From NCBI GenBank assembly GCA_025449555.1, contig JANWJD010000223.1, positions 1,185 through 65,184 on the forward strand: 64,000 bases of DNA, given 5' to 3'. The position numbers and the translations under genes are program-made. This stretch comes from Chloroflexota bacterium. GTDB taxonomy: Bacteria > Chloroflexota > UBA5177. The notes beneath the pieces were generated by a model. The model was given only the letters and a program-made list of their open reading frames with translations. It was not told the DNA's origin and did no database searches. Of this stretch, positions 1 through 9,859 are shown piece after piece; position 1 is the stretch's first letter, and each line of letters opens with the position of its first letter.

Positions 1-164
1 TCACCGTCCACCAGACGGGCTTCGGGCTCTCGACCGAGGTCCATCACGATCTCGAGCACGTCGTTGACGCGTTCCGATCGTCGGAGACCCTGGTAGATGT
101 GAGGTGGAAGGATGCGAAGGAGTGCTTCAGTGTCGTCTACATAGTCATCGCGGAGTGCGGTCAC
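1..164 (-). CDS. partial CDS (N-terminus only, continues past window start): SpoIIIAA/Ycf45-like R3H-AAA ATPase
   Basis: Own minus-strand translation from GTG at 164: VTALRDDYVDDTEALLRILPPHIYQGLRRSERVNDVLEIVMDLGREPEARLVDG. This resembles the family N-terminus (LL.ILP ... EVV.DLGR.PEAR). It starts 7 nt after the stop of the upstream gene. Confidence 0.4.
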   Translation of the reverse strand, partial: MTALRDDYVDDTEALLRILPPHIYQGLRRSERVNDVLEIVMDLGREPEARLVDG

Positions 165-170
165 GTGTGG

Positions 171-1145
171 TCATCCTTCCGGGTGATCTCCATGACACAT
201 GTGACGCATGTGTACGTTGAACCCTGAAATGCTTGGAACTGTGTTGACGGATAGTCGAGTTTTGAACGCTGGCGCCACTTCCACCCCTGCGTGTTTTACC
301 AGCAACACCTCTTCCGCCTGAATCGAGAATCCGGCGTCGAGAAATGCACGCACCGCGTGGGTGTGGTAATCCCGGACTCGCGCCACGAAGCGGCAGCCCT
401 GAACTGCCTGCTGCAATGCGTGTCGGATCAGTATCGGTGCCAGCTCGCTATGATCGGGGTCCAGCAACATGGCCATGGTGCGATAACTCGGTCCCAGTCG
501 AACGCCCCAGCTGATCCACCCCACGACGCGCCCATCGCGCTCCACCACGATCTCGGACATGCGGCGCACCGGCCTCGACCAGTCGAGGCTGGTTAGCCCT
601 TCGAGCTGGCGCACCAGCGGAGGCGTGACATCCGACTCGAGTTGGTGTAGCGGCCAGCTATCTTGCGGCATGCGGTAGCGGCTGTCGGCAGGAGGCGAGG
701 CGGATCCGGAGTCGGGACGTTCCGGACTGAGAAGGACGTACTCTCGGGCCAGCGCATGAAACCCCATCGGTCGCAGATGCCCGCTCGCCTCGTCCGAAGT
801 GCGGGCGAAGAGCCTGGGCACACCGTGGTTCTGGAGGTGGCACACCGCGGCTCCCAAGAGAGAGCCCACCGCCTCTTCCAGACTTTCACCGCGGACCGCG
901 AGCCGGGTAATGTCCCAGCCAATGACGTATTGCCGAGGTTCGGCCTCGAGCAAAGCACTCGTATGTGCGTCGCGTGCGATCCACGCTCTGCCACGCGTCG
1001 CGAGGGGAAGCGACGCACGAGTTAAGGTGCGGACGGTGTCGTTGCTCGCCGGCCACCCGAACCCTTTGACGATGTGCGCGTCTGCATCAAGCGTCAGGGA
1101 GAGCACGAGCGCGGCATCCGTGGGACGTGCCAATCGGACGTCCAT
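171..1145 (-). CDS. hypothetical protein with two weak GNAT-like acetyltransferase halves
   Basis: 324-aa ORF. Both halves end in GNAT-like beta-strand/helix patterns (..RLFARTSDEASGHLRPMGFHALAREYVLL and ..RFVARVRDYHTHAVRAFLDAGFSIQAEEVLLVKH). The acetyl-CoA loop (Q/R-x-x-G-x-G/A) is not evident. Confidence 0.5.
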   Translation of the reverse strand: MDVRLARPTDAALVLSLTLDADAHIVKGFGWPASNDTVRTLTRASLPLATRGRAWIARDAHTSALLEAEPRQYVIGWDITRLAVRGESLEEAVGSLLGAAVCHLQNHGVPRLFARTSDEASGHLRPMGFHALAREYVLLSPERPDSGSASPPADSRYRMPQDSWPLHQLESDVTPPLVRQLEGLTSLDWSRPVRRMSEIVVERDGRVVGWISWGVRLGPSYRTMAMLLDPDHSELAPILIRHALQQAVQGCRFVARVRDYHTHAVRAFLDAGFSIQAEEVLLVKHAGVEVAPAFKTRLSVNTVPSISGFNVHMRHMCHGDHPEG

Positions 1146-1239
1146 TGCTCTCCTTGCGTAGCTGTCAACCCAGTCGCGACGGGAGACGGCTACTTGCGTT
1201 CTCTCTCATTGTAGACCCCGTGACGGCACTCCCTCCAGC

Positions 1240-1268
1240 TTGACTTTTCGGCGGTGCGTCACTATGCT
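1240..1268 (+). promoter_or_regulatory. sigma-70-like promoter candidate for the RodZ-like gene
   Basis: TTGACT (1240-1245), 17-nt spacer, TATGCT (1263-1268), about 65 nt upstream of ATG 1335. Confidence 0.4.
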
Positions 1269-1334
1269 CATGACGGGTTCGATGATCTGCAACCGGGTTG
1301 AACGCGCCCCGCGTGCGGCGCCAAATGGGAACGC

Positions 1335-2087
1335 ATGACATCTTCTCAATCACGAGCGGGGGCCTATCTGAGCGATATCGGATACATGCTGCGCGAGGCG
1401 CGCAGCAAAAAAAATGTGAGTATTCTCGAAGTCGCGGATGCTCTACATATCAAGCCTGTCTTCTTGCAAGCGCTCGAAGATGAAGACTATGGCGCGCTTC
1501 CTGGGCCCGCATACATCACCGGCTTCCTGCGAAATTACGCATCCTACCTGGGCCTCCATCCCGATGACGTCGTGCAGGAGTACTATGCCTCCCGCCCGAT
1601 TCCGGTACCAACAGTCAAGGCGGCCACCAGGGTGCTTGCGAACGGCTATGAGCGCCACAATCGCAAGCGATTCCTGTGGGCGTTCGGCGTCGTGCTGCTC
1701 GTCCTCGCCGGCGGCTTCGCGATCAAAGCGTACAACGATACGTACAACCGGGCGTATTCGGCTCCCCTCAATGTCACGCCGGCCAACCTGGGCGGGACGA
1801 CCTTCGCGGGAGCTCCCTCGCAGCCGGTGGCTCACAATGTGACCTTACGGTTGCGCGCCATGGCTCCGGTCTGGGTACGGGTTACGGCAGATGGTCGGCA
1901 GGTGTATCAGGGTATTCTGCGAGGTAGGAACCATCATTGGGCGGCGAAGAAATCGATCTACGTTGCTACGTACGACGGTGCCCACATACGGGTCGTCTAC
2001 AACGGACGTCAACTTGGTTTGATGGCACAACGTCCCGGCCTCGGCTTTTATGCCGCCACGCTGACGGGCTGGCAGCACGTCGCCTGA
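1335..2087 (+). CDS. RodZ-like cytoskeleton/HTH membrane protein
   Basis: N-terminal XRE-type HTH (IGYMLREARSKKNVSILEVADALHIKPVFLQALEDEDYGALPGPAYITGFLRNYASYLGL), one TM segment (FLWAFGVVLLVLAGGFAI) and a C-terminal DUF4115-like domain. Confidence 0.8.
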   Translation: MTSSQSRAGAYLSDIGYMLREARSKKNVSILEVADALHIKPVFLQALEDEDYGALPGPAYITGFLRNYASYLGLHPDDVVQEYYASRPIPVPTVKAATRVLANGYERHNRKRFLWAFGVVLLVLAGGFAIKAYNDTYNRAYSAPLNVTPANLGGTTFAGAPSQPVAHNVTLRLRAMAPVWVRVTADGRQVYQGILRGRNHHWAAKKSIYVATYDGAHIRVVYNGRQLGLMAQRPGLGFYAATLTGWQHVA

Positions 2088-2171
2088 TCAGATCCTGGCC
2101 CGCTGGTGTGCCCTTTTGAGAGGGTAAGGGCGGGCACGGTAAGATGGTTTCTATATGGGGCGGGAGACGGC

Positions 2172-3065
2172 ATGAAGGAAATATTTAAGCGACATCCGCG
2201 CTACGGCGCTGCGCCGCAGGATTTCGAGGCGCTGCCCGACAATCTGTGGATCCGCTGTCCTCGTTGTCGTGAGCTGTTGTATTCCAAGGAGCTGGAGCAG
2301 ACACAGCGCGTCTGCTCGAAGTGCAAATATCATTTTCAGCTCACCGCGCAGGAGCGAATCGACCTGACGGTCGACGCAGGGACGTTCGAGCTGCTCGGTC
2401 CAAGCATGCACTCGGTTGACCCGCTGCACTTCGAAAGCCGTGGCGAGAGTTACTCCGACAAACTCGCGCAATACAAGGATCAGTCGGAAGCCGACGAGTC
2501 GTTCATTTACGGCGCTGCCAGGATCGACGATCAAGCTGTAGTGCTCGGCGCGACGGAATTCAAGTTTGCCGGCGGCTCGATGGGAGCGGTATTCGGCGAG
2601 CGCGTGGCCCGAGCCATCGAGGAAGCCGAACTGCGAGGGGTCGGCCTGGTCATCTTTTCCAGCGGCGGCGGGGCTCGCATGCAAGAAGGAACGATCAGCC
2701 TGCTCCAGATGGCCAAGACCGTAGCGGCGCTCGATCGATTCAAGGAGTCTGGGCTGCCCTTCATCTCCGTCATGGCCGACCCGTGTCTGGGTGGCATGAC
2801 GGCCAGCTACGCCATGCTGGGTGATGTCAATATCGGGGAGCCGGGAGCCTACATCGGTTTCGCCGGCCGGCGGGTGATCGAACAAACAATGCGCCAGAAG
2901 CTGCCGCAAGATGCGGCGACCTCTGAATTCTTACTCCAACACGGCATGATCGATATGGTCGTCCCGCGAGTTGAACTTTCGTCTGTCATTGGACGCCTCC
3001 TCCGGGCGTACGTCACCTGCAATCAGTCGTCGATCCGGAGGCGGCTCGTTGAGCAGCCTGTTTGA
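2172..3065 (+). CDS. accD: acetyl-CoA carboxylase carboxyltransferase beta subunit
   Basis: Zn-ribbon CPRCRELLYSKELEQTQRVCSKCKYHF, then carboxyltransferase motifs (FAGGSMGAV, SGGGARMQEG). ATG 2172 (MKEIFKR) is preferred over the ORF-track start at 2106. Confidence 0.9.
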   Translation: MKEIFKRHPRYGAAPQDFEALPDNLWIRCPRCRELLYSKELEQTQRVCSKCKYHFQLTAQERIDLTVDAGTFELLGPSMHSVDPLHFESRGESYSDKLAQYKDQSEADESFIYGAARIDDQAVVLGATEFKFAGGSMGAVFGERVARAIEEAELRGVGLVIFSSGGGARMQEGTISLLQMAKTVAALDRFKESGLPFISVMADPCLGGMTASYAMLGDVNIGEPGAYIGFAGRRVIEQTMRQKLPQDAATSEFLLQHGMIDMVVPRVELSSVIGRLLRAYVTCNQSSIRRRLVEQPV

Positions 3066-3999
3066 TTTTGAGCACGAGCTGCAGCCGCTCGAACGGGAAC
3101 TGGAGTCACTGCGCAAGCGGAGAGACGCCAATGGTGCGGAGGCGGATCAGGAAGAGCGCCTCAAAGGGGCCATCGACGACCGGCTACGCGAGGTGTACAG
3201 CCGGCTAACGCCCTGGGAAAAGGTGCAGGTGGCGCGCCATCGCGCACGCCCGTACACGCTGGACTACCTGCAATTGGCCTTCACCGATTTTGTGGAATTG
3301 CATGGAGACCGCGCCTACGCCGACGACCGCGCTATCGTGGGCGGCCCCGCTGTGCTCGATGGCTACGCCATGATGGTTATCGGCCACCAAAAGGGACGCG
3401 ACACGCGCGAAAATGTGGATCGCAATTTTGGTATGCCTCACCCGGAAGGGTACCGCAAAGCCGAGCGGCTGATGGCGCAGGCGGAGCGCCTGAAAATCCC
3501 GGTGGTGACCTTTGTCGATACGCCGGGGGCCAACGCCGGCCTGATGGACGAGGAACGTGGCCAGGCGGAAGCCATTGCCTCCAGCATCTCGACCATGCTC
3601 GCGCTCCGTGTGCCTACGGTGGCCGTCGTCATAGGTGAAGGGGGCAGCGGTGGCGCGCTGGCAATCGCCGTGGCAGATCGACTGCTCATGCTGGAACACT
3701 CCACGTTCACGGTGGCATCCCCCGAAGCAGCCGCGGCCATCCTGTGGCGGGATTCCGCGATGGCGCCCGACGCGGCCGCGAGCATGCGCATCACAGCACA
3801 GGATCTGTACGGCATGGGTCTGATCGACGACATCGTGCCCGAGCCGGTGGGAGGAGCGCACCGGAATGTGGAAGCTGTGGCAGCAGAGGTCGGACGGGCC
3901 ATCCGGTCGTCACTGGACGCCCTCGACCGGCTCAGCGTCGACGATCTGATGCGACAGCGATACACCAAGTACCGCGACATTCGCTTTTATGGCGAATAA
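3049..3999 (+). CDS. accA: acetyl-CoA carboxylase carboxyltransferase alpha subunit
   Basis: ARHRARPYTLDYL, FVDTPGANAG and GEGGSGGALA motifs. TTG 3049 gives MSSLFDFEHEL, which matches AccA N-termini. The ORF-track start at 2971 would overlap accD by 95 nt. Start is uncertain. Confidence 0.9.
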   Translation: MSSLFDFEHELQPLERELESLRKRRDANGAEADQEERLKGAIDDRLREVYSRLTPWEKVQVARHRARPYTLDYLQLAFTDFVELHGDRAYADDRAIVGGPAVLDGYAMMVIGHQKGRDTRENVDRNFGMPHPEGYRKAERLMAQAERLKIPVVTFVDTPGANAGLMDEERGQAEAIASSISTMLALRVPTVAVVIGEGGSGGALAIAVADRLLMLEHSTFTVASPEAAAAILWRDSAMAPDAAASMRITAQDLYGMGLIDDIVPEPVGGAHRNVEAVAAEVGRAIRSSLDALDRLSVDDLMRQRYTKYRDIRFYGE

Positions 4000-4008
4000 T
4001 GTGTCGGT

Positions 4009-4482
4009 ATGGCCGTAAAGGATCGCGAGCACGTCAAAGTCGTCGCCTTCAACCGCCGCGCCACACACGACTACTTTATCGACGATCGCTTTGAAGCCGG
4101 GCTCGTGCTCACCGGAACGGAAATCAAATCGATCCGAGAGGGACGCGTCAACCTGCGCGAAGGGTACGCGCGTATCACTGGCAACGAGGCCTGGTTAACG
4201 AACGTCCATATCGCTCCGTACGAGCAGGGCAATCGATACAATCACGAACCGCTACGGGACCGCAAACTCCTTCTGCACCGCGACGAGATTTCCGAACTCG
4301 TGGGTCGAGTTCGACAGCGTGGCTACACGATCATTCCGCTGCAGCTTTACCTCAAACATGGACGCGCCAAAGTCGAGCTTGGACTGGCCCGAGGAAAGCG
4401 CGAGTTTGACAAGCGAGAATCGATCGCCAAGCGCGAAGCGCAGCGGGAAATCGAGCGCGGCCTGCGCGATCGCAACCGATAA
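4009..4482 (+). CDS. smpB: SsrA-binding protein
   Basis: 157 aa with typical SmpB sequence (NRRATHDYFIDDRFEAGLVLTGTEIKSIREGRVNL, RDRKLLLHRDEI, basic C-tail). Confidence 0.95.
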   Translation: MAVKDREHVKVVAFNRRATHDYFIDDRFEAGLVLTGTEIKSIREGRVNLREGYARITGNEAWLTNVHIAPYEQGNRYNHEPLRDRKLLLHRDEISELVGRVRQRGYTIIPLQLYLKHGRAKVELGLARGKREFDKRESIAKREAQREIERGLRDRNR

Positions 4483-4536
4483 GAAAGAGAGATGGCCTCC
4501 CAGCCATCCCTCTGTATGGTTCTGCCTAACAGCGTG

Positions 4537-5172
4537 CTACGCCGACGTGCTATCCGTGCTCGCGCTGTCGCCGGATGAACTCCCAGGGGTAGGTGCCTCG
4601 CTGCCACCAGTGGCGGCGGAACTCGAAGACCCTGCGGGAGTGAGGGGCGGAGGCGGCGCATACGTCTGCGGAGACGGCGTGTAAGCTGATTGCTGGATCG
4701 GTCCACTGGCGCCGGTCAAACGATCGAGCAAGTCGTCGCGGCGCTGTTCGTCGAGCACAAAGTACGCAATGATACCGGCCAGGACAGCGGCGAATAAGAA
4801 GCGTCCTTTGCGGCCTCCCCGTTTCTTACCCAGTTGCTTTTCTGCCTTGGATTTGGCTTCGTCTACCACGTCCACGCTGCGATCCCGGAGGACATCGATG
4901 GTGTCGTTCAGGCGCCCCTTGCTATTGGAGGCCAATCCATCGATCGCTCGCGTGATTGCCTTGGCCGCGGCGTCGTAGTCGATATTGGCAAACTGTTCGC
5001 GCAGTTGCTCCTGAGCTTCTTCCCGGCTGACCGGGTTGTTGATATAGTCGACGGCCGCGCGTGATGCCGCCAGCAGGACGAGTGCGGCGAGCTGGCGGTA
5101 CCAGTTCTGATCGTTATCCAATCCGTCCCATCCTTTCTTCCGGCAGACGAAGCAGGCCGGATATCCATGCAT
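4537..5172 (-). CDS. hypothetical membrane-associated protein (coiled-coil/YtxH-like middle, Pro/Ser-rich tail)
   Basis: 211-aa ORF with a charged helical region, one hydrophobic segment (FLFAAVLAGIIAYFVL) and a low-complexity P/S/T C-terminus. No family recognised. Confidence 0.45.
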   Translation of the reverse strand: MHGYPACFVCRKKGWDGLDNDQNWYRQLAALVLLAASRAAVDYINNPVSREEAQEQLREQFANIDYDAAAKAITRAIDGLASNSKGRLNDTIDVLRDRSVDVVDEAKSKAEKQLGKKRGGRKGRFLFAAVLAGIIAYFVLDEQRRDDLLDRLTGASGPIQQSAYTPSPQTYAPPPPLTPAGSSSSAATGGSEAPTPGSSSGDSASTDSTSA

Positions 5173-5394
5173 CTCCCTTTGATTGTGCCATAGCCGACCG
5201 GATCTCGTGGCCTGGCTGTCGAAAATTGATAAAATGGCTCAGACTGGAATGACGGTCAGTTGCGAGCGTAGGTACGTGGAGCTGGCCCCGGACGATCGAT
5301 CGTCTTGCACGGATTGTCCGAGGCCCTTTTTTATGTCCTCGCCCGGTGTGGCGGGATCGACGCTCGATCGTCGACTGCCTCGAATGGACTATTC

Positions 5395-7194
<1,800 letters not shown>

Positions 7195-7253
7195 CCTGCC
7201 GATCGGCACCCGCGGAAACCCTCACTCACCATCGAGATCCGGTAAGGCCCGTT

Positions 7254-7400
7254 CTCGGTAGGGCCGGCCCGCGGCGCCAGCCGCAGTGGCCCGCCGCCCT
7301 GTCCGGACGAATCACGGCTCCCGGCATGACCACGCGGGCGGCGAAGCACTGCTGACGCGGTTCCGCCCTACACCCGAACTTCTGATCGATCGGCGCACAC
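7254..7400 (+). repeat. copy A of a ~150-nt GC-rich dispersed intergenic element
   Basis: 46 nt (7254-7299, TCGGTAGGGCCGGCCCGCGGCGCCAGCCGCAGTGGCCCGCCGCCCT) match 62483-62528 with 1 mismatch. Weaker similarity continues for about 100 nt, including GGCGGCGAAGCACTGCTGACGCGGTTCCGCCCTACA vs GGCGGCGGGACACTGTTGACGCGGTCCCGCCTTACA. Confidence 0.8.
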
Positions 7401-7422
7401 CGGCCCGCGCACGCCCTGGTCC

Positions 7423-7698
7423 CTAATCGCGCTCCCCGTTCTCAAACACATACGAATGGAGAATCGACGCAAACATGGCAACCGTCAGGAGGATGAGAAC
7501 CGGTCGATAATGGCCCGGTCGTAAGAACCAATACGACAGGGCAACCAGGAGACAGAAACCGCCTCCGATGCCGGTAATCCTGCTGACCCAGACGCTGGCC
7601 AGCTGATCGGGTTGGTCGGAGGCCAGCACCGTGCTGCCTGCATTGGGACTCAAATCGTCGGGCGAGATCGCGGGTATGGACGTGGTTTTCTGTATCAT
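7423..7698 (-). CDS. small hypothetical membrane protein
   Basis: C-terminal two hydrophobic segments (ITGIGGGFCLLVALSYWFL, VLILLTVAMFASILHSYVF). The internal ATG at 7698 (MIQKTT) is more plausible than the ORF-track start at 7848. No homology recognised. Confidence 0.35.
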   Translation of the reverse strand: MIQKTTSIPAISPDDLSPNAGSTVLASDQPDQLASVWVSRITGIGGGFCLLVALSYWFLRPGHYRPVLILLTVAMFASILHSYVFENGERD

Positions 7699-7893
7699 CG
7701 CGCAGCAGCTACCCTCTCGAAACGCACTCATGCGCTCATGGGCAGAGACACACTTGCCCAGCACGCGCTCCATTATGCCAGACCACAGGATGCCCGCGAC
7801 GGCAGGATATTCGGGTTCAAGAGTCGTGCCTGTCCGGGTTCGCGTCAATCAATGAGCCGATGCGAGAGATGCACCCGGCTGCTTCCACCGCAT

Positions 7894-7921
7894 TTCACCA
7901 AGCGCAAACGCCATTTATACT
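7894..7921 (+). promoter_or_regulatory. promoter candidate for tRNA-Lys
   Basis: TTCACC (7894-7899), 16-nt spacer, TATACT (7916-7921). The -10 ends 10 nt before the mature tRNA 5' end. Confidence 0.45.
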
Positions 7922-7931
7922 GGAGACGTCT

Positions 7932-8006
7932 GGGGGTGTAGCTCAGTGGTAGAGCAACGGACTTTTAATCCGTTGGTCGTGGGTTCGAACCCCACCGCCC
8001 TCACCA
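7932..8006 (+). tRNA. tRNA-Lys (anticodon UUU)
   Basis: Hand-folded cloverleaf. Acceptor GGGGGTG/CGCCCTC (two G-U pairs), D arm GCTC-AGTGGTA-GAGC, anticodon arm ACGGA-CTTTTAA-TCCGT, T arm GTGGG-TTCGAAC-CCCAC, encoded CCA. Confidence 0.95.
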
Positions 8007-8337
8007 CTCTTCTCTGGCGATCCTCCGCGTCCTCACGCCGCTTGCTGGAGACTCCCTGACCGAGTGTACGTGGGACACCAGCAAGCCCTTGTTCCATCTG
8101 TTACCCATTCGCCCTCCAGCGACGCGTGTGCCAACGGAGTCATTCCCGCCTGGGCGACGGCTCCACGCGTTTCCCAATGGCTCACTTAGAGCGCACCACA
8201 TGAATGATGTAATTGGCGCGAACGCCCCGCCCACGCTCGAAACTCGTTGATGTTTCCTTGCCACGCCGAAATAATCCGGTTGGGGTGAATCGGTTCCGCC
8301 GCACACTCGATACACCGTTGCTACCACCCCGAAGCTT

Positions 8338-8547
8338 GTGGCGGCTACCACGACCCAGAACGGAGATACACTGATCCCGTTCGCAGCTTTGATTTCCCTT
8401 CCTGAGAAAAGTGCGAAAAATGCGCAGCAGGCGGCGGAGAAGGCACTGAAAGCCTTCCTCACGGTGCATGGAGTGCCGTTTCAATACACCCACGATCTTG
8501 TGTCGACGTTCCTGATTATGTATAGCCGAAGAAACATCGTACGATGA
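8338..8547 (+). pseudogene. HEPN-domain-like fragment (truncated)
   Basis: 69-aa ORF contains AQQAAEKALKAFLTVHGVPFQYTHDLV, the central HEPN helix pattern (QQA.EKaLKA.L...g....kTHdL). It ends about 15 aa later, without the C-terminal half. Locally lower GC. Confidence 0.35.
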
Positions 8548-8588
8548 GTCAAGGTATCTCGCCCCCAACAAAACCACGGGAGGCTGCA

Positions 8589-8912
8589 ATGGCGCGCGTT
8601 CATGCGTATCACACGACCACCCCTGAGCACGGGGCTCACCACGGCGTGTATCATCTCCACGACGACTGTCCCAGCGGGAAGCGAATCAAGGCTGAACACA
8701 GAACATCCGGGACCGGGGGCCACCGCCTTTGTGAGGAGTGTGCGGAGTTGGCCCACTCTCACGCCTATCACACCTCCACCGCGGAGCATGGGTCCCATCA
8801 TGATGTGTACCATCTCTACGAGGACTGCCCCGACGGCAGACGAATCACACCCGAGCATCGAGTAGCAGGAACCGGGCGAGGTCGCCTTTGCGACAAATGC
8901 GCGGAGATGTAG
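8589..8912 (+). CDS. small His/Cys-rich protein made of two tandem ~51-aa repeats (putative metal-binding)
   Basis: GGGAGG 6 nt upstream of ATG 8589. Repeat 1 is HAYHTTTPEHGAHHGVYHLHDDCPSGKRIKAEHRTSGTGGHRLCEECAEL. Repeat 2 is HAYHTSTAEHGSHHDVYHLYEDCPDGRRITPEHRVAGTGRGRLCDKCAEM. Each has 3 Cys (C..., CxxC) and many His. Confidence 0.6.
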   Translation: MARVHAYHTTTPEHGAHHGVYHLHDDCPSGKRIKAEHRTSGTGGHRLCEECAELAHSHAYHTSTAEHGSHHDVYHLYEDCPDGRRITPEHRVAGTGRGRLCDKCAEM

Positions 8913-9027
8913 CCGCTGCCCTCTACTTTCAGTAGACTGCCGTCTCAGCCTGACCGCATCGGGCAAATCGCTCACCGTTCCTACGATTTCCGTTAGGGGG
9001 CGATCCCCGTCCAAACGCGGAGGGACG

Positions 9028-9214
9028 ATGACCATTCGCATCGTGATCGCGGACGATCACAGCGTGGTCCGGCACGGTCTCCAGATGTTTCTGGGACTCG
9101 ATCCGGAGCTGGAGGTGATCGGCGAAGCTGGGCGTGCAAAGCAGGACGCAGGCGGCGCTGCATGCCGTGCGCATTGGACTGGTGACCGGCGACGAGGTGT
9201 CCGGGAGAGGATAG
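9028..9214 (+). pseudogene. NarL/LuxR-family response regulator remnant with large internal deletion and frameshift
   Basis: Frame 1 gives MTIRIVIADDHSVVRHGLQMFLGLDPELEVIGEA, the receiver N-terminus. From about 9121 a +1 frame gives KLGVQSRTQAALHAVRIGLVTGDEVSGRG*, the extreme C-terminus of a LuxR-type HTH. The roughly 150 aa in between are missing. Confidence 0.6.
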
Positions 9215-9284
9215 CGAGTATCGGGCAGACTCGTGGCGCGAGAATTGCACACGAGGCTGGTAGCGGTCGGCCCAGCGAAGAAAT

Positions 9285-9812
9285 GTGGAGCCCACACTCA
9301 TGGAACTGCGTGATTCCATCCATCGTGTGTTACTTCGGTGGAGTGCAGCGCCTCGCACCTCCCGGCTGGCCTCGGCGACCCTGATCAGCGTGATCGTAGC
9401 CGGGTTGGTTTCTCACCACGTGCCGTGGCGACCGACTCCAGTCGCAGCTCACCGCAGCATGTCGATTTGGGACCGACACGACTCCGCCGCGTACGTGGTC
9501 TCGACCCTGAACCTGGTGCATTGTCGAGGCGGCCATCCACTGACCACGGTATTGGTCCACCGTTACCCCGTGGCACGATATGACGTGTACGCGGATCAAC
9601 AGGACAACACGCTGTTCTTCATCGAGCCGAAGCGGGGAGACGGCAAGCCGGTGGGAGCGCTTGCCTACCAGTTAGGTTGGACGGCGCCCATGAGCGTCTC
9701 GACATCGGTAAGTTCCCTGTACGTGCGCCCGGCACCCGCGGACGCGTACGCGGCATTTCGAAACGACCCAAAGCAGCTCATTGGCTCGTTCTCTTCAACA
9801 GTCCCGTCGTGA
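9285..9812 (+). CDS. hypothetical membrane-anchored protein
   Basis: 175-aa ORF with one TM-like segment (ATLISVIVAGLVSHH). No family recognised. Alternative start ATG 9300. Confidence 0.35.
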   Translation: MEPTLMELRDSIHRVLLRWSAAPRTSRLASATLISVIVAGLVSHHVPWRPTPVAAHRSMSIWDRHDSAAYVVSTLNLVHCRGGHPLTTVLVHRYPVARYDVYADQQDNTLFFIEPKRGDGKPVGALAYQLGWTAPMSVSTSVSSLYVRPAPADAYAAFRNDPKQLIGSFSSTVPS

Positions 9813-9859
9813 CGCCGGCAGGTTGCTGCCAATCGGGGCATTGCGCCTAACCATACGTC

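Noticed and set aside
171-1145. Tandem GNAT-like protein considered as an MshD (mycothiol synthase) candidate because MshD also has two GNAT domains
   Set aside because: It shows no recognisable similarity to MshD beyond the two-domain layout. The acetyl-CoA-binding loop motif is absent in both halves, and the gene lies 28 kb from the MshC-like gene.
1408-1415. A8 homopolymer inside the RodZ-like gene, considered as a slippage or phase-variation site
   Set aside because: It encodes KK in frame (RSKKNVS) within the conserved HTH region. It is a single short tract, and there is no evidence of a frameshifted alternative product.
2106-2171. N-terminal extensions implied by the ORF-track starts of accD (2106), accA (2971), lepA (5305), the GT39-like gene (35416), hbd (41876), the ECF sigma (51825) and the Rsm22-like gene (53812)
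   Set aside because: The extensions do not align with family N-termini, or they overlap the upstream gene. Downstream starts give canonical N-termini, several with clear RBSs.
2151-2909. 252-aa ORF antisense to accD. Similar antisense ORFs occur at 3205-3861, 14493-15191, 17297-18115, 19505-20188, 22143-23107, 45118-45870, 46200-46904, 54935-55540, 56980-57825 and 59577-60425.
   Set aside because: All are shadow frames of confidently identified genes and have no independent support.
4483-4536. Looked for tmRNA (ssrA) or a terminator next to smpB
   Set aside because: There is only a 6-bp hairpin (GATGGC-CTCCCA-GCCATC) with no U-tract. Nothing resembles the tmRNA tRNA-like ends or a tag reading frame.
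7915-8097. 60-aa ORF overlapping tRNA-Lys on the opposite strand
   Set aside because: Its sequence (..VGFEPTTNGLKVRCSTTELH..) is the usual translation artefact of a tRNA gene.
8007-8340. Search for an integrase, or for an att direct repeat of the tRNA-Lys 3' end
   Set aside because: No frame shows tyrosine- or serine-recombinase motifs, and I found no copy of the tRNA 3' segment downstream. I therefore do not call a mobile element, only a decayed patch.
8598-8909. Tandem ~153-nt DNA repeat considered as a possible CRISPR or satellite array
   Set aside because: There are only two units and no spacers. The repeat is in frame and diverged mostly at synonymous or conservative positions, so it is an intragenic domain duplication.
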